Source: Octopus sinensis (taxonomy: Eukaryota). Taken from it: 64,000 bases of DNA. Position 1 is the first letter of the stretch. Each line of letters starts with the position of its first letter. Positions 42,249 to 57,612 of this stretch are shown one piece after another. The stretch is from contig NC_043008.1 in NCBI RefSeq assembly GCF_006345805.1, positions 8,432,001-8,496,000 on the forward strand, read 5' to 3'. Below the pieces are notes generated by a model, which was given only the letters and a program-made list of their open reading frames with translations, had not been told where the DNA came from and made no database searches. The translations under genes were made by a program, and so were the position numbers.

Positions 42249-43206
42249 ATATATATATATATATATATTAGAAGAAACAAGGTTCTCAGAAATCTGGATT
42301 ACACACATGCACGAGAACACAAATATACATACATCAAGCGATATTAATGTAAGGATCCCTTTTTTTACTCCCATCACCTCCACATCAGTTTACAGATTCT
42401 TATTAACATGTCAAATTTTTTTTTATATATATCATATGATAGCATTTGCATCTACTCTAGTAGAATCTTCAGATTTGAATTAGTTTGAGAGGATTCGTCT
42501 CATTTTATAGTATTACTGAGTGTATAGGGATGGGGAGAGATATAGGATAGTAAAAGAGGGTGAGGAATGCGGAGAACGTGAGAGAGAGAGAGTTTATGTG
42601 TATTGGAGTGTGTGTATGCGTGTATGTGTGTGTCTGTATGTCTGAGTATCTAAAAGGAGCGTCAATGCAAAAGCAAAAGAAAGAAAGAAAGAAAGAAGGA
42701 AGACAAAATGTGTTTACATCTTTACAACTGGTCAGTTCTTTCAATAGAAAGTAATGATTCTTGGCCTTTAAAAATGGCAAAGCCAGGTGGCTACTCTAAG
42801 GAGGGGGGGCTTGATAAGAGTTATTTTTCAAAATATGATCAGGATTTATTATCATCATCATCATCATCATCAGCGGACAAGGATGATGATGATGATAATA
42901 ATAAATCCAGACCATATTTTTAAAAATAAATTTTATTAACCAAATTGAGAATGGTTTGGTTAATTAAGTTTATTCTGACCAGTTGTATCTGTTCAAACTA
43001 AGCCCAAATTCTAGCAATGGTAAATTTCATAGGTAGATCATTTGAAACTTAACTCTTAAAAAGCGTATAGACTTCCATTGCATTTACAAATTCCAAGTAA
43101 AATGATGTGTAAGTGATGGGAGTAAAAGAAAGGGCTCCTTACATTAATATCGCTTGATGCATGCATATGTGTGTTCCCGTGCATATGTGTAATATGCAAT
43201 ATTTAT

Positions 43207-44047
<841 letters not shown>

Positions 44048-44399
44048 GGAGCGAGAATTGAAGAGAGATTAAACTTAAGGCTGAATTATTTTTATGCTGT
44101 TTATATGTAAGATACATTTTAAGTAGAAGTGCATCAATTTAGATAATTGAAATCCTCTTATGTTATAAATGAATGTATTTGTTTCTAAGTGTGTCTTGTA
44201 ATTATTCTCTAATTTCTTGCTGGGTCAATGTCATGCGAATCTTATAATACCACCCATTTATTACTAGATTGGTTTTCCTTCTCTGTCGCTGCTTCTCCTC
44301 TGTTTCCTAGTTAAACAACAGTTAAGCAAAATTCTATATACATCTTAGTTCCCATAGTTTCACTCCTTCAGTACCGTGTGTATTATACTTTCCGATATT

Positions 44400-44816
44400 T
44401 CTATTTCTTTACTACCAACAGGGGGCTAAAAACAGAAGGGACAAACAAGGACAGACAAACGGATTAAGTCGATTATATCGACACCAGTGCGTAACTGGTA
44501 CTTATTTAATCGACCCCGAAAGGATGAAAGGCAAAGTAGACCTCGGCGGAATTTGAACCCAGAACATAGCGGCAGACAAAATACCTGTTTCTTTACTAAC
44601 CACAAGGGGCTACACACAGAGGGGACAAACAAGGACAGACAAACGGATTAAGTCGATTATATCGACCCCACTGCGTAACTGGTACTTATTTAATCGACCC
44701 CGAAAGGATGAAAGGCAAATTCGACCTCGGCGGAATTTGAACTCAGAACGTAGCGGCAGACGAAATACCGCAAAATATTTAGCCCGGCGTGCTAACGATT
44801 CTGCCAGCTCACCGCC
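44400..44816 (-). mobile_element. SINE family C dimer
   Basis: Same duplicated-body structure as 28973-29376. Confidence 0.92.
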
Positions 44817-45637
44817 TTATCCTTTCTGATATTTATTAATTATTACGAGTTCGAATTAGTCAAACTTCTATTCGTATATAAAAACTATCAGCTGATCACT
44901 TATTTCAATATATACCCAATGCTTCACAATAACTAGTTCTTGCATACCGTACGATAACCGTTCTCGTTATTCTTTCGTATGTTGCAAGGTTCCACAGCAT
45001 ATGAAATACTACATGGTCAAATTTCTCGAAGAATTCTGTTTCAAACTGAACAACGCAAGTCCGTCTTATACCCAATATTTTAGTTCTCTTTATTCAATCG
45101 ATATCCATTATCAAGAATTGAACCTGCTGTTTACCATGTCATTCTAAAGGTTTTAACTTTTGTCTTTTCTACCGTCATGAAATCCTGCCCTACCATCCGT
45201 TCCCATTTAAGAGCACGAAAATCTATTTTGCTTTCGTTATGTAATTGATCGATAAAGAACTTTTTCCCTTGTACCTGAATTCCTTGATACTTGTGCTATA
45301 CTGAAGACTTTAATCACAATGCGAATATGTTAGTGTTGGTTTTGTTTGGCATCGTTACCATTTATAAAACTGGTTTCAGTTTCATGAATTGGGTAGTTTG
45401 TTTTCTTCAGGATACATCTTTCTACAAATCGTAGAGAAATTCAACTCGAAATGTCTTGCAGATATACGTATACTATAAGATATGAGATTAATTATGAAGT
45501 GGCAAACTCGGGTAGGAATTTGACAGCTGCATACATATCGCCATGATTAACTGGATGATGTTGAGTACCCAATGCTTAATTGGATAAGATAAAATTCGTA
45601 CTCAAATCACCAACTTGTAGCCTCCATATATATTATA

Positions 45638-46650
45638 CTAGCTGAATTACCTTGTAATACCCGGAAAAGCGAGGGTTATTTCCAGTTCCCGTTCCCTTTA
45701 CACCGTTTCGTGTCCTATCTCGTTCCCTTTTTTGCTCCAGTTTAAATTACAAACAACAGATTTACAAATACACGGTGAAGCGGGATACATTCACAAATAC
45801 TGGCAAGTAATACAGTTGATTCATAAAATTGATTGATTGTAACGGTAAGGTAATATCGAAGTTGAATTGGTGGATGGCTGGAAGGATGAGAGGATTGACG
45901 ATGTGCAACTATGAAACAGTTCATTGATGGTTGATTTTTATCAAGTTTGCTGAGCCTCTTCATATACTTCATGTTTGGTCTTGCCTTCTGGAGTATATTT
46001 ACTTCTTGTGGTGCCGTTCGTTATACGAATACAATTTTGATAACATCCTACACACAAGTTAATCGAAGAATGGTTTCGGTGCTTTCTATCTTTCAGGTTA
46101 TCATTCGAACGTTCGAAAATGTAATCAGCGAGTGCGCTGATGATAAATGCATCTGCAGCTTTATCTCCACTTTAAACGTTCATTTGTGATAAACTCTCAT
46201 TTATCATTCTTTTACATGATCTGGATATTCTTTTTGTTGGTGATGAGCCAACCAACAAAATCGTTATTATTCTATGATCAGTCAAAATTATTATCCCGTT
46301 AACATCGTTTAAATGCTAGTGATTAATTCAAATTTATTTTGAGTCGATCTAATAGATTTAATATTCGTAACTGAACAGCTGATTCAAAATTTAGGGGTTT
46401 CAATGAACCGCGCTGTTGAGTCCCCATGAATGGTAAAATAAATAAATCCCTCAAAAATCCTAAGTGGTATGAAAGAATGGATAAATTTTATGAATTTGTA
46501 AGTCACGGAACGTAGCATTTCCATTGTCGTTAGAAAAATATTGCAATTAATGTTGTTGAAATCATTAATCACATCAATTTGAGTAACGTACACTTAAGAT
46601 TAAGATATGTGTCCTTAACAAGATTAATACCACAGGAGCCTCATCTAGAC
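45638..46650 (-). mobile_element. Decayed Helitron 3' end (RepHel helicase C-terminus)
   Basis: Minus strand PEGKTKHEVYEEA (cf. Helitron GKTKNIVYxEVL) and INxxI..TYK-like segments. The 3' end is a degenerate hairpin followed by cagCTAG|T at 45641-45637. Confidence 0.5.
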
Positions 46651-48185
46651 CTATGACGTTTGATAATTTCACTTTAACATTTTGTTGACTGTACAATGGA
46701 ATGTTATTACTAGATATTATTAAAAGTAACAGAAATTGTAATGAATGATTTTATTAGATTTGTTCCGACGTCAAACGAGTCTGAAAGTTAAAATGGTTTT
46801 TAAACTTTGGATTCTTATTTTCTTTCCAAAATTATTTTTCCCTTTTTATAACTTGCTTATTAGTCCTTGCCTGGATGACTGCTGTCACATACAAAATAGG
46901 GATTTGGCACGTCTCCTTTTCTCGATGATCCATTTAGCAGTCCCATTTCTCAACCTATTGGTAATGTTTACCACCTCTATTTCAATCTCACCCTCACCAT
47001 CAAGAAATTTCTTTTATATCTCTCTTCCTATAAATACTTCTACCGTTGTAGTTCCGTTAATATCTTTTCGCTTCCTCCTACTATTAAAATTATTTATCGA
47101 GCGAGACTATTTGTCTTTTGTTTGCTTACACAAGAACGCCATGACAATGTTAAAATCGAGAATATTTTAGAAGATTTATTCCCCTGAGGAATGGTAGGCT
47201 TCTCAGAGTTGTAGAGTCGGTGAGTGTTGTCGAGTCCTAAATTTAACAACAGGTAAAGATAAAAATATCTAAGGATAAACATGTAATCCCTTTCTCGACG
47301 ATCTGCGCCACATTCGTGGACATCAAGGAACATTATAGATGTCATCTGAATATCCACAGATGAACCGGGCAAAATTATTTTGGTTTGAACATCAGTTTTA
47401 TACTCAATGTTGCCATTGCTTTCATTCAATATTGGGATTTGGCTTTATTTTACATAATTTTATTGCTTGAAATTACATTCGTTACGTGTATTCCTCAAGC
47501 AATTGACACTCGAAGGAATAATTTAATTAAATAATCTACTTCTTTCCTCCCTGAATTCGTTTTACTCACTGTTACTTTGATCATCTTTTTGTCTCTTTCT
47601 CCTTCATTCTCCTCTTTCTCTCTCACCCTCTCTCTCTCTCACTTTCTCTTTCTCATTCTCTCTCCTTCTCTCAACATGTCTCTCTATATCAAACTACAAG
47701 TGAAAGGTTCACTGCTGTGTCACGACATTTTATTATATATATTCACTACAGAGTATTGCATTTGGTTAAACCAGTAAATATTTTAAGACATTACATTTTT
47801 TACTAATATCTCTCTCATCTATTTACATGCTATCAAATGATAGCATAGATAGGATCTTTTAACTATTAAATTTCTGCCACGTTAACCAAGTTTTTATTTC
47901 AACGGATCAATATATTATATGGCATATTTGATACCAGTGAATATCCCGATGATTATACATAATATATCTATATACACAAGATATTCGAGGATAGAAAAGG
48001 AGGAAATATCCTTCATGTTTCAGTCCAAATCGGATTTGTTTTAGCAATGTACATCTTGTCCAAATATATACCGATACATAGTTTATCCACTTAGAGCTGA
48101 AATCCCGAATAGAATACCAACATGAATGTACAGGCGTTTCCCCTATTTCTGTCCTAGAATATAGTGATTATATAGATATATTATT

Positions 48186-48690
48186 ATTAGTTAGGCTGGT
48201 CGTTAAAGTCAAAGATGACCAGATTATCACCTTTATACTTTATGGTCCTTACTTCACTTATTACGCCAATTTTGGCGGGAAATCCTCGGTTGCATTGGGG
48301 GCACGTAAAAGCGGAGTCAGAACTCCGTATGACTCTTACTTTCTGTGACATTTTCCTCTTTTTTACTTCTTGATCAAATCTGATTCCCAGTACTGTATTC
48401 TCCAGAGTACGGATTCCGAGCACTGTGTTCTCCACGCCTCAGTAAGCGTTCTTGAGCAAGATATTTCCCCGTAGACTTCACTAAGTTACCCTTTTTCAAA
48501 GTTGCCTTGATTGTATCTTTCTATATATTCTTTGACCCACCTCATGATCGAAAGCCAACTGGTTGTTCACCAAATATGATCTACTTGGGGCGTCTGGAGT
48601 CAGGCATGCGCATCACACGTCCACTCCACCGCAACTGGAATTTACTAAGAAATGCATACATGCATGTATTGCATGCATTCATCAAATGAT
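48186..48690 (-). mobile_element. RTE (BovB-like) LINE 3' end
   Basis: QLRWSGRVMRMPDSRRPK*IIFGE..KDTIKATLK and terminal FTCPQCNRGFPAKIGVIS. Contains a 30-bp internal tandem duplication. Confidence 0.85.
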
Positions 48691-50597
48691 GGAGTATTGT
48701 TTCATAATTCTCACAAATGTGTTTTATAGTGTATTATCCTAACGAAACTAATTACTGTTACCACGCTTGTTATTTAGTAAGCTGTACGAGGAGTCAAAAA
48801 ACATTATAACATAGCAATTATTCTATCTACTTCATTTAAACCTAAGCTATATCTGCATATAAAGCTACACGCCGCGCACAATTGCTGGCAAAATATCGAA
48901 GAGACTGTGAACATGTATGCAGAGCTATTCCTTGTTTTTCTGTCTACGGACATATTTTTTATGAAAACGTATTTCGTATACCTAACAGCGTTCTCTAATA
49001 AATTTATTGATATATGTATATATTGATACTACTTTACAGCAATAAAACGTTTAAGCCGAAAAATGTTATTTATGAGAGGATATACATTCAACATTTAAAT
49101 AAACTTTTGGAAACATACTTCACACCAGAATTATAAAACAAATTCCTCGCTACATAATTTCGTTAAAACTTACAAAAATGCTGACCAGAAAACGGGGGGT
49201 TAAAATTATTTTCTGCTCTAAACCGTAAACCTACTGACAAGATACGAACATATGACAGCGCAATCATCAGATCAAACGCTATCAAGCCGAAGCTAAGTGT
49301 TTGACAAGCAAATACAAATAATCTAAGATATACACAATTATTAAATACTCGTTGATGTTTTAAATGTTTTTCTTTCAATTATACGGTATTTCACCTAATT
49401 TCCAAACTTCGTTCAATATGTGGTTTTACGTTTATAGTCTCACTTCATTTTCCATTTAATTTTTCTGTTGACTATTTAAACTTGTCTGATGATTCTTAAG
49501 TGGCAATTGCAATTACTTTCAATATATATTCAACTACATTATATTCTATTTATATATTTTATTTTCACGTTCGTAGAAACCATTAAATTCAAATGGTTTT
49601 CTGCTCAAAAGCACTCATGTAACTCTCATCATTAAGCACAATAAGGTAATTATGAACGCAATTTACACATGTATCTAATTTTTGTTTATTTCTTTCCTTC
49701 ACTAAAATCATGTCTATCTCAGAAAGAATTAAAATAAAACATAAAATTTGAGAAGAGAAAACAACTTCGCATCGTAGAGACCATTGTATTGCTTTATATT
49801 TTCTTCATTTTACAGCATCTTTACATACAGGTCGTGATTGCATACAGATCGTCCATTAATTAAATATTCAATAATACATTTAAAAGCTGCGAGTCAGTGT
49901 TGTAGTAGAAAACGATATGAAATGGACATAGGGGGGGTTATGAGAAGGATACTCTGCAAACTTTGGAATTTATTATACGTAAGACATGGAAATCCTTTAA
50001 AGAAAACGTGTCGAGAAATATAAAAGCCTTTGTGTTAATATTGATTAGTTTTTATATTATATTTTGTAAAAAACTGAAAAGCACTTCGAATATTTTGTGT
50101 CATATATTTGGGTGTCCGTGTGACGATTATTCATACGTACACAAAAAATATCTTATACCAGGTGACTAACAATCACATATAATAAACCGAAGGAAATTGG
50201 TGATATAAACTGAGTCAATTAATAAGTGAAAACAGTGGTTCAGAAATAAAAGATGTCACGTCAAAACTTCTGTATGATTTGATTGTAGAGTTGTTGGAAT
50301 TACGACTCACGGGAAATATGCTTCGTATCGTTGCTAGTGAATAGTTGCACAATTGTTGTTGTATGTATATGATATTAATTGCTTTCTGTATATTTTATCA
50401 TGACTTCGCAATACAAACCCAGTTCACTGTGTACCGTTAGTGGTTGTATTGCATTGAATATATTCTAGGTAATAGATTAAGCCTGCTACTTATTCAGGTG
50501 TAAGTCACAAAGCATATATGAACGAAGGAACGTGTATATATATATATCTGCATACATGTAAAAAACTTAATTGTATACATACGTATATATATGTATG

Positions 50598-50668
<71 letters not shown>

Positions 50669-50697
50669 ATACATACACCATACACACACATATGTAT

Positions 50698-51083
50698 ATA
50701 AAGGGCTTGGACAAAATAATGGGAACACCTAGCATCATAACATCATAATTTCGAAAATAATTTCAATGTTACTGAAAAGGACGAGAACGTTGAGCAAGTT
50801 ATCTGGTAACCACAGTCCCCAAATCTCAATATTATTGAACATTTATTATGCATTTTAGAAAAAGAAGTAAGGAGTCGATATCGTACACCATCATCACTAC
50901 AAGAACTGGACACTTTTTCAGCTGAAGAATGGACATAAATTCATTTGAAAAAAATTCAAACTTTGTACAAGCCCATATATCGTAGAATTCAAGCTGTACT
51001 TACTGCCAACGGCGGTCCTACCACATATTAAAATAAATATATTTGAAATTTTAAGGTGTTTCCATTATTTTCCAACCCCTGTT
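50698..51083 (+). mobile_element. Internally deleted Tc1-like element with both TIRs
   Basis: TIRs aagggcttggacaaaataatgggaacacct / aggtgtttccattattttccaacccctgt. C-terminal remnant W*PQSPNLNIIEH..RRIQAVLTANGGPTTY*. Confidence 0.9.
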
Positions 51084-51297
<214 letters not shown>

Positions 51298-51447
51298 CAA
51301 AAAGCAATAAAGATTCAAGTTAATTTAAATGAATTTACTTGAATATGGTACCTAACTTAGATGCACCAAAAAAAAACTATACTGTTTTAACAATACAGTA
51401 ATGTGGGGTGATTATAAGCGAGAAAGAAGCAACAAGAATGGACAGGT

Positions 51448-51534
51448 TTTTAGTACAATCGTTTCATACAAGGACAGGCTTTATTAAAAGTTGTAAAAAT
51501 TACAGCATATAAACGTGTCCCGTACTCATCAGCT

Positions 51535-51538
<4 letters not shown>
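51448..51538 (-). ncRNA. Type I hammerhead ribozyme candidate with extended stem II
   Basis: TTTTAG-CTGATGA-GTACGGGACA..TGTCCTTGTAT-GAAAC-GATT-GTA/CTAAAA. The core is intact, stem I has 6 bp, and stem II has ~10 bp with wobbles. Confidence 0.7.
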
Positions 51539-51835
<297 letters not shown>

Positions 51836-51852
<17 letters not shown>

Positions 51853-51880
51853 CGAACCTGGTTGTGTTCTCAACAGATGC
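51836..51880 (-). ncRNA. Hammerhead-like motif with variant core CUGUUGA
   Basis: CTGTTGA-GAAC..GTTC-GAAA-ATCGATT-A/AGG. AATCGATT is palindromic, and stem I is weak. Confidence 0.45.
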
Positions 51881-52139
51881 GTCTACACCATTCTGACAGT
51901 CTCCAGGGAAACAAGCAGCCAAACTGTTTATATACTCAGCAAATGCAGCGGTTACTCTATATAGAAGTCGCTAGTTTGCACACTGAAATTGTTTAGTACT
52001 CTATAAATTGCAGCAGCCTGTCAAAGGGGATCTTAGTTCACACAGTATCAAGATTTGATATAATAATTACGTATCATATGCTATAATTATGAACAGGGCA
52101 ACTTTTCACCATTTCTCCGCAGACTGAAAAATTATTGAA

Positions 52140-52182
52140 ACCTTAATCGGTTTTCGAAGGTTATTGGGTTCTCATCAGAGAT
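52140..52182 (-). ncRNA. Minimal hammerhead ribozyme candidate
   Basis: ATCT-CTGATGA-GAA..TTC-GAAA-A-CCGA-TT-A/AGGT, with a 4-bp stem I. Confidence 0.6.
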
Positions 52183-52209
52183 GTCCACACACACACACAC
52201 ATATACATG

Positions 52210-52408
52210 TCGCCATGTTGATTCTGTAGCTTCTGCACGCATTGTTTCCTCTCCTTGTTTCTCTCCGTGTTTCTTTTCTGTGTATCTTTCTGTTGAAGAG
52301 CGTAGACTCGAAACGTAAAAGACTTGTTTTATTTATATTCCTGAGCGCCATACTAATACAATTGTTTGTTTGTATTCCACCTGCCTTCGTATTTTGTTTA
52401 TTTTCATA
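52210..52408 (+). mobile_element. Solo PLE 3' repeat (pLTR-like) with hammerhead-like motif at 52285-52322
   Basis: Homologous to 56999-57205 and ends at (TA)n. Confidence 0.8.
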
Positions 52409-52417
52409 AAGCTTCCC

Positions 52418-52470
<53 letters not shown>

Positions 52471-53548
52471 TATGCAACAAGGATATCCAAACGTAATGCA
52501 GTACGATCATTTCATGCAACTCCATTTAATTGAACAATGCAAATATTACATCAATAAGTAATGTTTGCATCTTTTCATATTCACTCATTAATTCCATGTT
52601 TTAAATATCGTATTTCGTTTTCAAAATTTACGGATTTAAGTGTTCGTTCCAATATTTTCCTCATCGAATTTATTTTTGAGTAGTGTTATGACAATACATT
52701 GCCTGAATACGAAATTTTTTATAGCCCTCTAGATCTTAGAATTATAATCCTCCGCATATCAACCTTTTTTTTTAATTTTCACTTTGACATTTGGAAACCA
52801 TGTTAGGAGAGGCGTACAAGTTTTTCTAACACAGAATAGAGTTACACCCTGAAACATTGACTTCCACCGTCAATTCAATAGCAATAATTATATATAATAC
52901 TATTAAGCTACCTAAAGCAATATTTTAATTCCCATTTAATGAATATAATTAAGTACGATGAATTTTTCCTTGTGGTTTTAATTAAATAACATAATTTTCC
53001 GTTCAACCTGCATCTATTCAATTTAAAAACAATTTCTATTATATTCCTACAAATTCTAATGCTTATCCAAATGTATTCTTATTGCCAGCAAAACATATGT
53101 ACTTGTTAAGGGAATGATAATCTAATAACTATTGATAAATAATCATGGTAGTAGCGACCATTTCAAATGCAACCAATTTAAGAATATCGTATTTGGGAGG
53201 CGAAGATTTTTCTAAGGATTTCATTTTCTTCATTAATTTCCAGTAAACATGATCATTACAAATTTAGCCTACATCAGTATCTGGATTTCAACGGTGACAC
53301 TTTAGTAATATACTCCGTATAAATACTTTCTTTCTCTCTTTCTCACTTTGTCTCTTTAATCAATTTGATAATGTTTTCTTGATGAAAAAGACTGATGTCA
53401 ATAACTGTTTGCAGTTTTGTAGAATGACTAGAAATCTTGTCATATATTGTTCTTTATTGCACCACTTCGTTCGTATGCTGAGTAACGGAAAAAATTATCC
53501 ACCTATTTAACTGTTTGTGTATACGTGTGTGTGTGTCTACTCACGTAT

Positions 53549-53984
53549 ACTCTTTACTCTTTACTCTTTTACTTGTTTCAGTCATTTTGACTACGGGCAT
53601 GCTGGAGCACCACCTTTAATCGAGCAACTCGACCCCGGGACTCATTCTTTTGTAAGCCCAGTATGTATTCTATTGGTCTCCTTTGCCGAACCGCTAAGTT
53701 ACGGGGACGTAAACACACCAGCATCGGTTGTCAAGCAATACTAAGGGGACAAAAACAGACACTCAAACTCACACACGTATATATATATATATATATATAT
53801 ACATATATACGACGGGCTTCTTTTCAGTTTCCCTCTACCAAATCCACTCACAAGGCTTTGGTCGGCTCGAGGCTATAGTAGAAGACACTTGCCCAAGGTG
53901 CGACGCAGTGGGATTGAACCCGGAACCAACCAACCCACATGTGGTTGGTAAACAAGCTACTTACCACACAGCCACTCCTGCGCC
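53549..53984 (-). mobile_element. SINE family A, full length
   Basis: Family match. Confidence 0.92.
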
Positions 53985-54719
53985 TATATAAACTCTGCGC
54001 TACAAATGGCATGTACCAACGTCACTCTACTTACCGTGTGTATGTCTTATGGGAGCAGCATCTCATTTCTCACATGATATAATATCTTTAACCTGAGGTG
54101 TCCAATATATTCGTAACAATGAGAAAAACGTGGCTCTACTTTTCAAATTGTTTGCCATAATTAACTTCTTTAACTTTTAGCAACAATTATACATTAAGAG
54201 ATGTTTTGTTTGCACCGTACTTAACTTTGGTAAAGAGAGACAGAGAAATAACTGCATATGATATTAAATGAATAAGTGAAAGATAAATAAATAATTCAAT
54301 CAGATGAGTATTTTAATTTCGTCTGTAATCAAGTTTGAACAGGTTAATCACTCCAGTGATATCGCATTCCATATTGTGGTGTGTATTGGCGAAGCCTAGA
54401 TACCTAATTAATAATTGATCTTAAATATTCGACAGACTGTTCTTAATTGTTTGCAATTTACAGACTGGAATACAAACTTAATTAAAATATATTTATGTAG
54501 CAATGTTAATCTAAGAACAGCTATATCAAACATTGTTAATTAACGATCATTGAAAGAACACGTCAACTTTGGGAGCAACTCATTTATTTATTCATGCAAT
54601 CATGCTAGTAAATTGCATCGGCGCAAATGAGACAAAACTTCTTTTGCTTCTGATGATGATAGCGTCTGTCCTGTGATTTCGAGTGGAAAAATATTTAAAG
54701 GGTGGAAGTATTAACAGAA

Positions 54720-54783
54720 GATTATAGTAATAATAACAACAACAACAACAACAAAAATAATAATAATAATAATAGTAATAATG

Positions 54784-54837
<54 letters not shown>

Positions 54838-54890
54838 GTAATAATCATGATAATAACAATAATAATAATAACAACAACAACAACAACAAT

Positions 54891-54937
<47 letters not shown>

Positions 54938-54940
54938 TAA
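54720..54940. repeat. (AAT)n/(AAC)n microsatellite (a second tract lies at 55165-55470)
   Basis: Directly visible. Confidence 0.95.
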
Positions 54941-54944
54941 TTCG

Positions 54945-55145
54945 TTCTTTTCTTCTGCCTTTAATCCTACAACGCGGAGTACAGGCCACTGATAATTGAA
55001 TTCCATGTCGCATAATTTTTCGCTTCTGTACTAATACTCTACCATGAATTTGCCCCTTTCTCTAGTTCCTTCTGTGCTGATCTACGCTACGACTTCTTAG
55101 GGCCTACCTCTCTATCTATATCCAACTGGATTCCACTGTAAAGCA
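54945..55145 (-). mobile_element. RTE-type LINE 3' end
   Basis: WNPVGYR*RGRP..RRSAQKELEK..W..SGLYSAL* matches the RTE terminal WxPxGxRxRGRPKxTW motif and runs into an (ATT)n tail. Confidence 0.75.
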
Positions 55146-55176
55146 GTTTTCGCTACAGCATTTTGTTATTATTATT

Positions 55177-55232
<56 letters not shown>

Positions 55233-55489
55233 TAATAATAATGATAATAATAATACTCATAATAATAAAAACAATAATAATAGTAATAATAATAATAATA
55301 ATAATAAAAATAATAATAGTAATAATAATAATAATAACAACAATAACAATAACAACAACAATAACAATAACAATAACAATAATAATAATAATAACAACAA
55401 CAATAAGATGATGATGATGGTGATGATGATGATAAACATGAAGATGATGATGATGATGATGAGGATGTTGAGGATGATGAAAGTGTACC

Positions 55490-55920
55490 AATGATGTAGA
55501 AGTACCAAAGATCAAATATTCATAGATTAAACGTAAATGCAAGATTGTAAACAAAGGAGAACAAATCTGGGAGTAGCCTGGATTGACTATTGCAAAGGTT
55601 ATGATATGATTCCACATTCGTGGACCGACGGTGCTTCGATCTGTTTGGAATTCCAAATAATGTAATGTGTGTGCTGAAGAGAAGTATGGTGGGATGGAAA
55701 ACTGAATTGACATCTTACTGGAAAAAAATTTGCTCAGTACTTAATATGAAAAGAGGGGAGAAAACAGCTTGCGTAGGATTGCGGTTACTATCAGGAGAGA
55801 CCATGGGATGAATCCGAAGGTATAGATATTTAGAGATTTTGGAGTTGGATGATATTCTACACAGAGATCTAGAAACGCTCATAGGGCGGAATTATATTGC
55901 GCCGAGCTGCTTTTATTCAG
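55490..55920 (+). mobile_element. R4/Dong LINE RT fragment
   Basis: TKDQIFID..RRTNLGVAWIDYCKGYDMIPHSW..SMVGWKTELT..YRYLEILELD. Confidence 0.85.
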
Positions 55921-56116
55921 TTTTAACATACGCATTAGCATTTCGCTAAATCAGCCACAAATTGTTATGATAGACACATTTTTATACTGACAGCCAGATG
56001 TAGCCAAGCTATCGAGCGTTTGAGTAGTCCCAACTCCTGAGCCTACGATTGACAGGCAAAACTAGTCCAGTCCAGTGATCTTAGGAATGGACATGTGGTT
56101 GTTATCTCCTCTGTCG

Positions 56117-56163
<47 letters not shown>

Positions 56164-56165
<2 letters not shown>

Positions 56166-57205
56166 ACCTTCGTGACATCCACCTTGCGAACGACACACCG
56201 GTCTCACGCCATTTCCGCTCCACCGGTCACTCCTTGCAACACCTATCTGTGTTCGGTTGTCCTTACACGGAGGCCATCCGGATTCCCGTTTTGCGCCGTG
56301 AACAGGAATTAATCTTCTCCCTTCGCTCTTATACGTCATTTGGTCTCAACTCTCCCCCCTCCTCATCTAACCCCCCTCTCCCCCTCCTCACCTATCCTTC
56401 CCCCCCGACCCCTACTTCTTCAGTCCTTCATCCTTCACCCCTACTACTCCCCTTCCCTTCTTCCCTCTTTCTCTCCTCCCTCCTTCCCTCTTCCCTCTTC
56501 TCCCTCACTTCCCCTTCTCTCCTCTCCTCCCCCTCCCATCTTTCCTCCTTCCTCCCCTCCTCTCTCTCCCCCCCTCTTCTCCCCCTCCCCTTCTACCCCC
56601 CCCTCTTCTCTCCCCCTCCCCTCTTCTCCTCACTACACCACACGACTTTACACATCACATCATATATGATGTGCCATACTAAAACATACACCAACTAATA
56701 CATAATAATACGTACTAATACATACTATACCTACTAATACATACACCAACCCTATACATACACACGTCCCAGACCCTCATACGCACTTATACTCTCTCAT
56801 ACACACCACACACACTTATACATACTAATATGTACTAATACATACTAATACATACTAATACATACACCAACCCCCCCATACCTACGCCTGTCCAGACCTA
56901 TCCTAGGGTCATTCAACCCTATTATCAACACTATTATCTCCCCTTATTTCGCTCTCGCGTCTCATGTTTGATCTTTGACCTCCTGGCCGAAATCAGATCG
57001 CCATGTTGATTCGTTAGTTACTGCATTTTTTTCTCTCCTTCTTTCTGTGTTTTTTTTCTCTCTGTGTATCTTTCTTTTGAAGAGCGTAGGCTCGAAACGT
57101 TAAAGACTTATTTTATTTATATTTCCTGAGCGCCATACTAATACAATTTTTTGTTTGTTTTCCACACTGCCTTCGTCTTTTGTCTATTTTCATAAAGCTT
57201 CCTCG
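56164..57205 (+). mobile_element. 5'-truncated Penelope-like element: GIY-YIG C-terminal fragment + 3' repeat with hammerhead-like motif
   Basis: 56165-56353 encodes HLRDIHLANDTPVSRHFRSTGHS..RREQELIFSLRSYTSFGLN (PLE EN C-terminal H..HF..H..E..I..L..GLN pattern). HHR-like motif at 57069-57106. Flanked on both sides by (TA)n. Confidence 0.85.
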
Positions 57206-57240
57206 TATATATATATATATATAATATATATATTATTATA

Positions 57241-57274
<34 letters not shown>

Positions 57275-57434
57275 TGCGCGCTTTTCTAACTTAACAGATT
57301 TTAACTATTTCTATTTCTTGCGATATGGGGTGCTCCAGTTCCCCCGTCCCTTCATCCACACTTAGTGACGTGAAACATTTCCCTTTATGGTATTATATTG
57401 CCTGTCGTTGTTTAAATTGATATATATATATATA

Positions 57435-57612
57435 TTGACAACCGATGCTGGTGTGTTTATGTCCCCGTTACGTAGCGGTTCGGCAAAAGAGACCGATAGA
57501 ATAAGTACTGGGCTTACAAAAGAATAAGTCCCGGTGTCAAGTTGCTCGATTAAAGGCGGTGCTCCAGCATGGCCGCAGTCAAATGACTGAAACAATTAAA
57601 AGAGTAAAAGAG
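57435..57612 (+). mobile_element. SINE family A 3' half
   Basis: Family match. Confidence 0.9.

Noticed and set aside
42708-42923. 71-aa ORF MAKPGGYSKEGG..DDDDD
   Set aside because: The acidic/Ser runs come from (ATC)/(GAT) repeats, with no homology or splice support.
44880-45480. Possible RTE-like fragment on the minus strand
   Set aside because: Only vague similarity (SYAVEP.., ALGI), which is insufficient.
48190-48230. Possible sharing of the RTE 3' tail with SINE family B
   Set aside because: The similarity is too short and weak to call.
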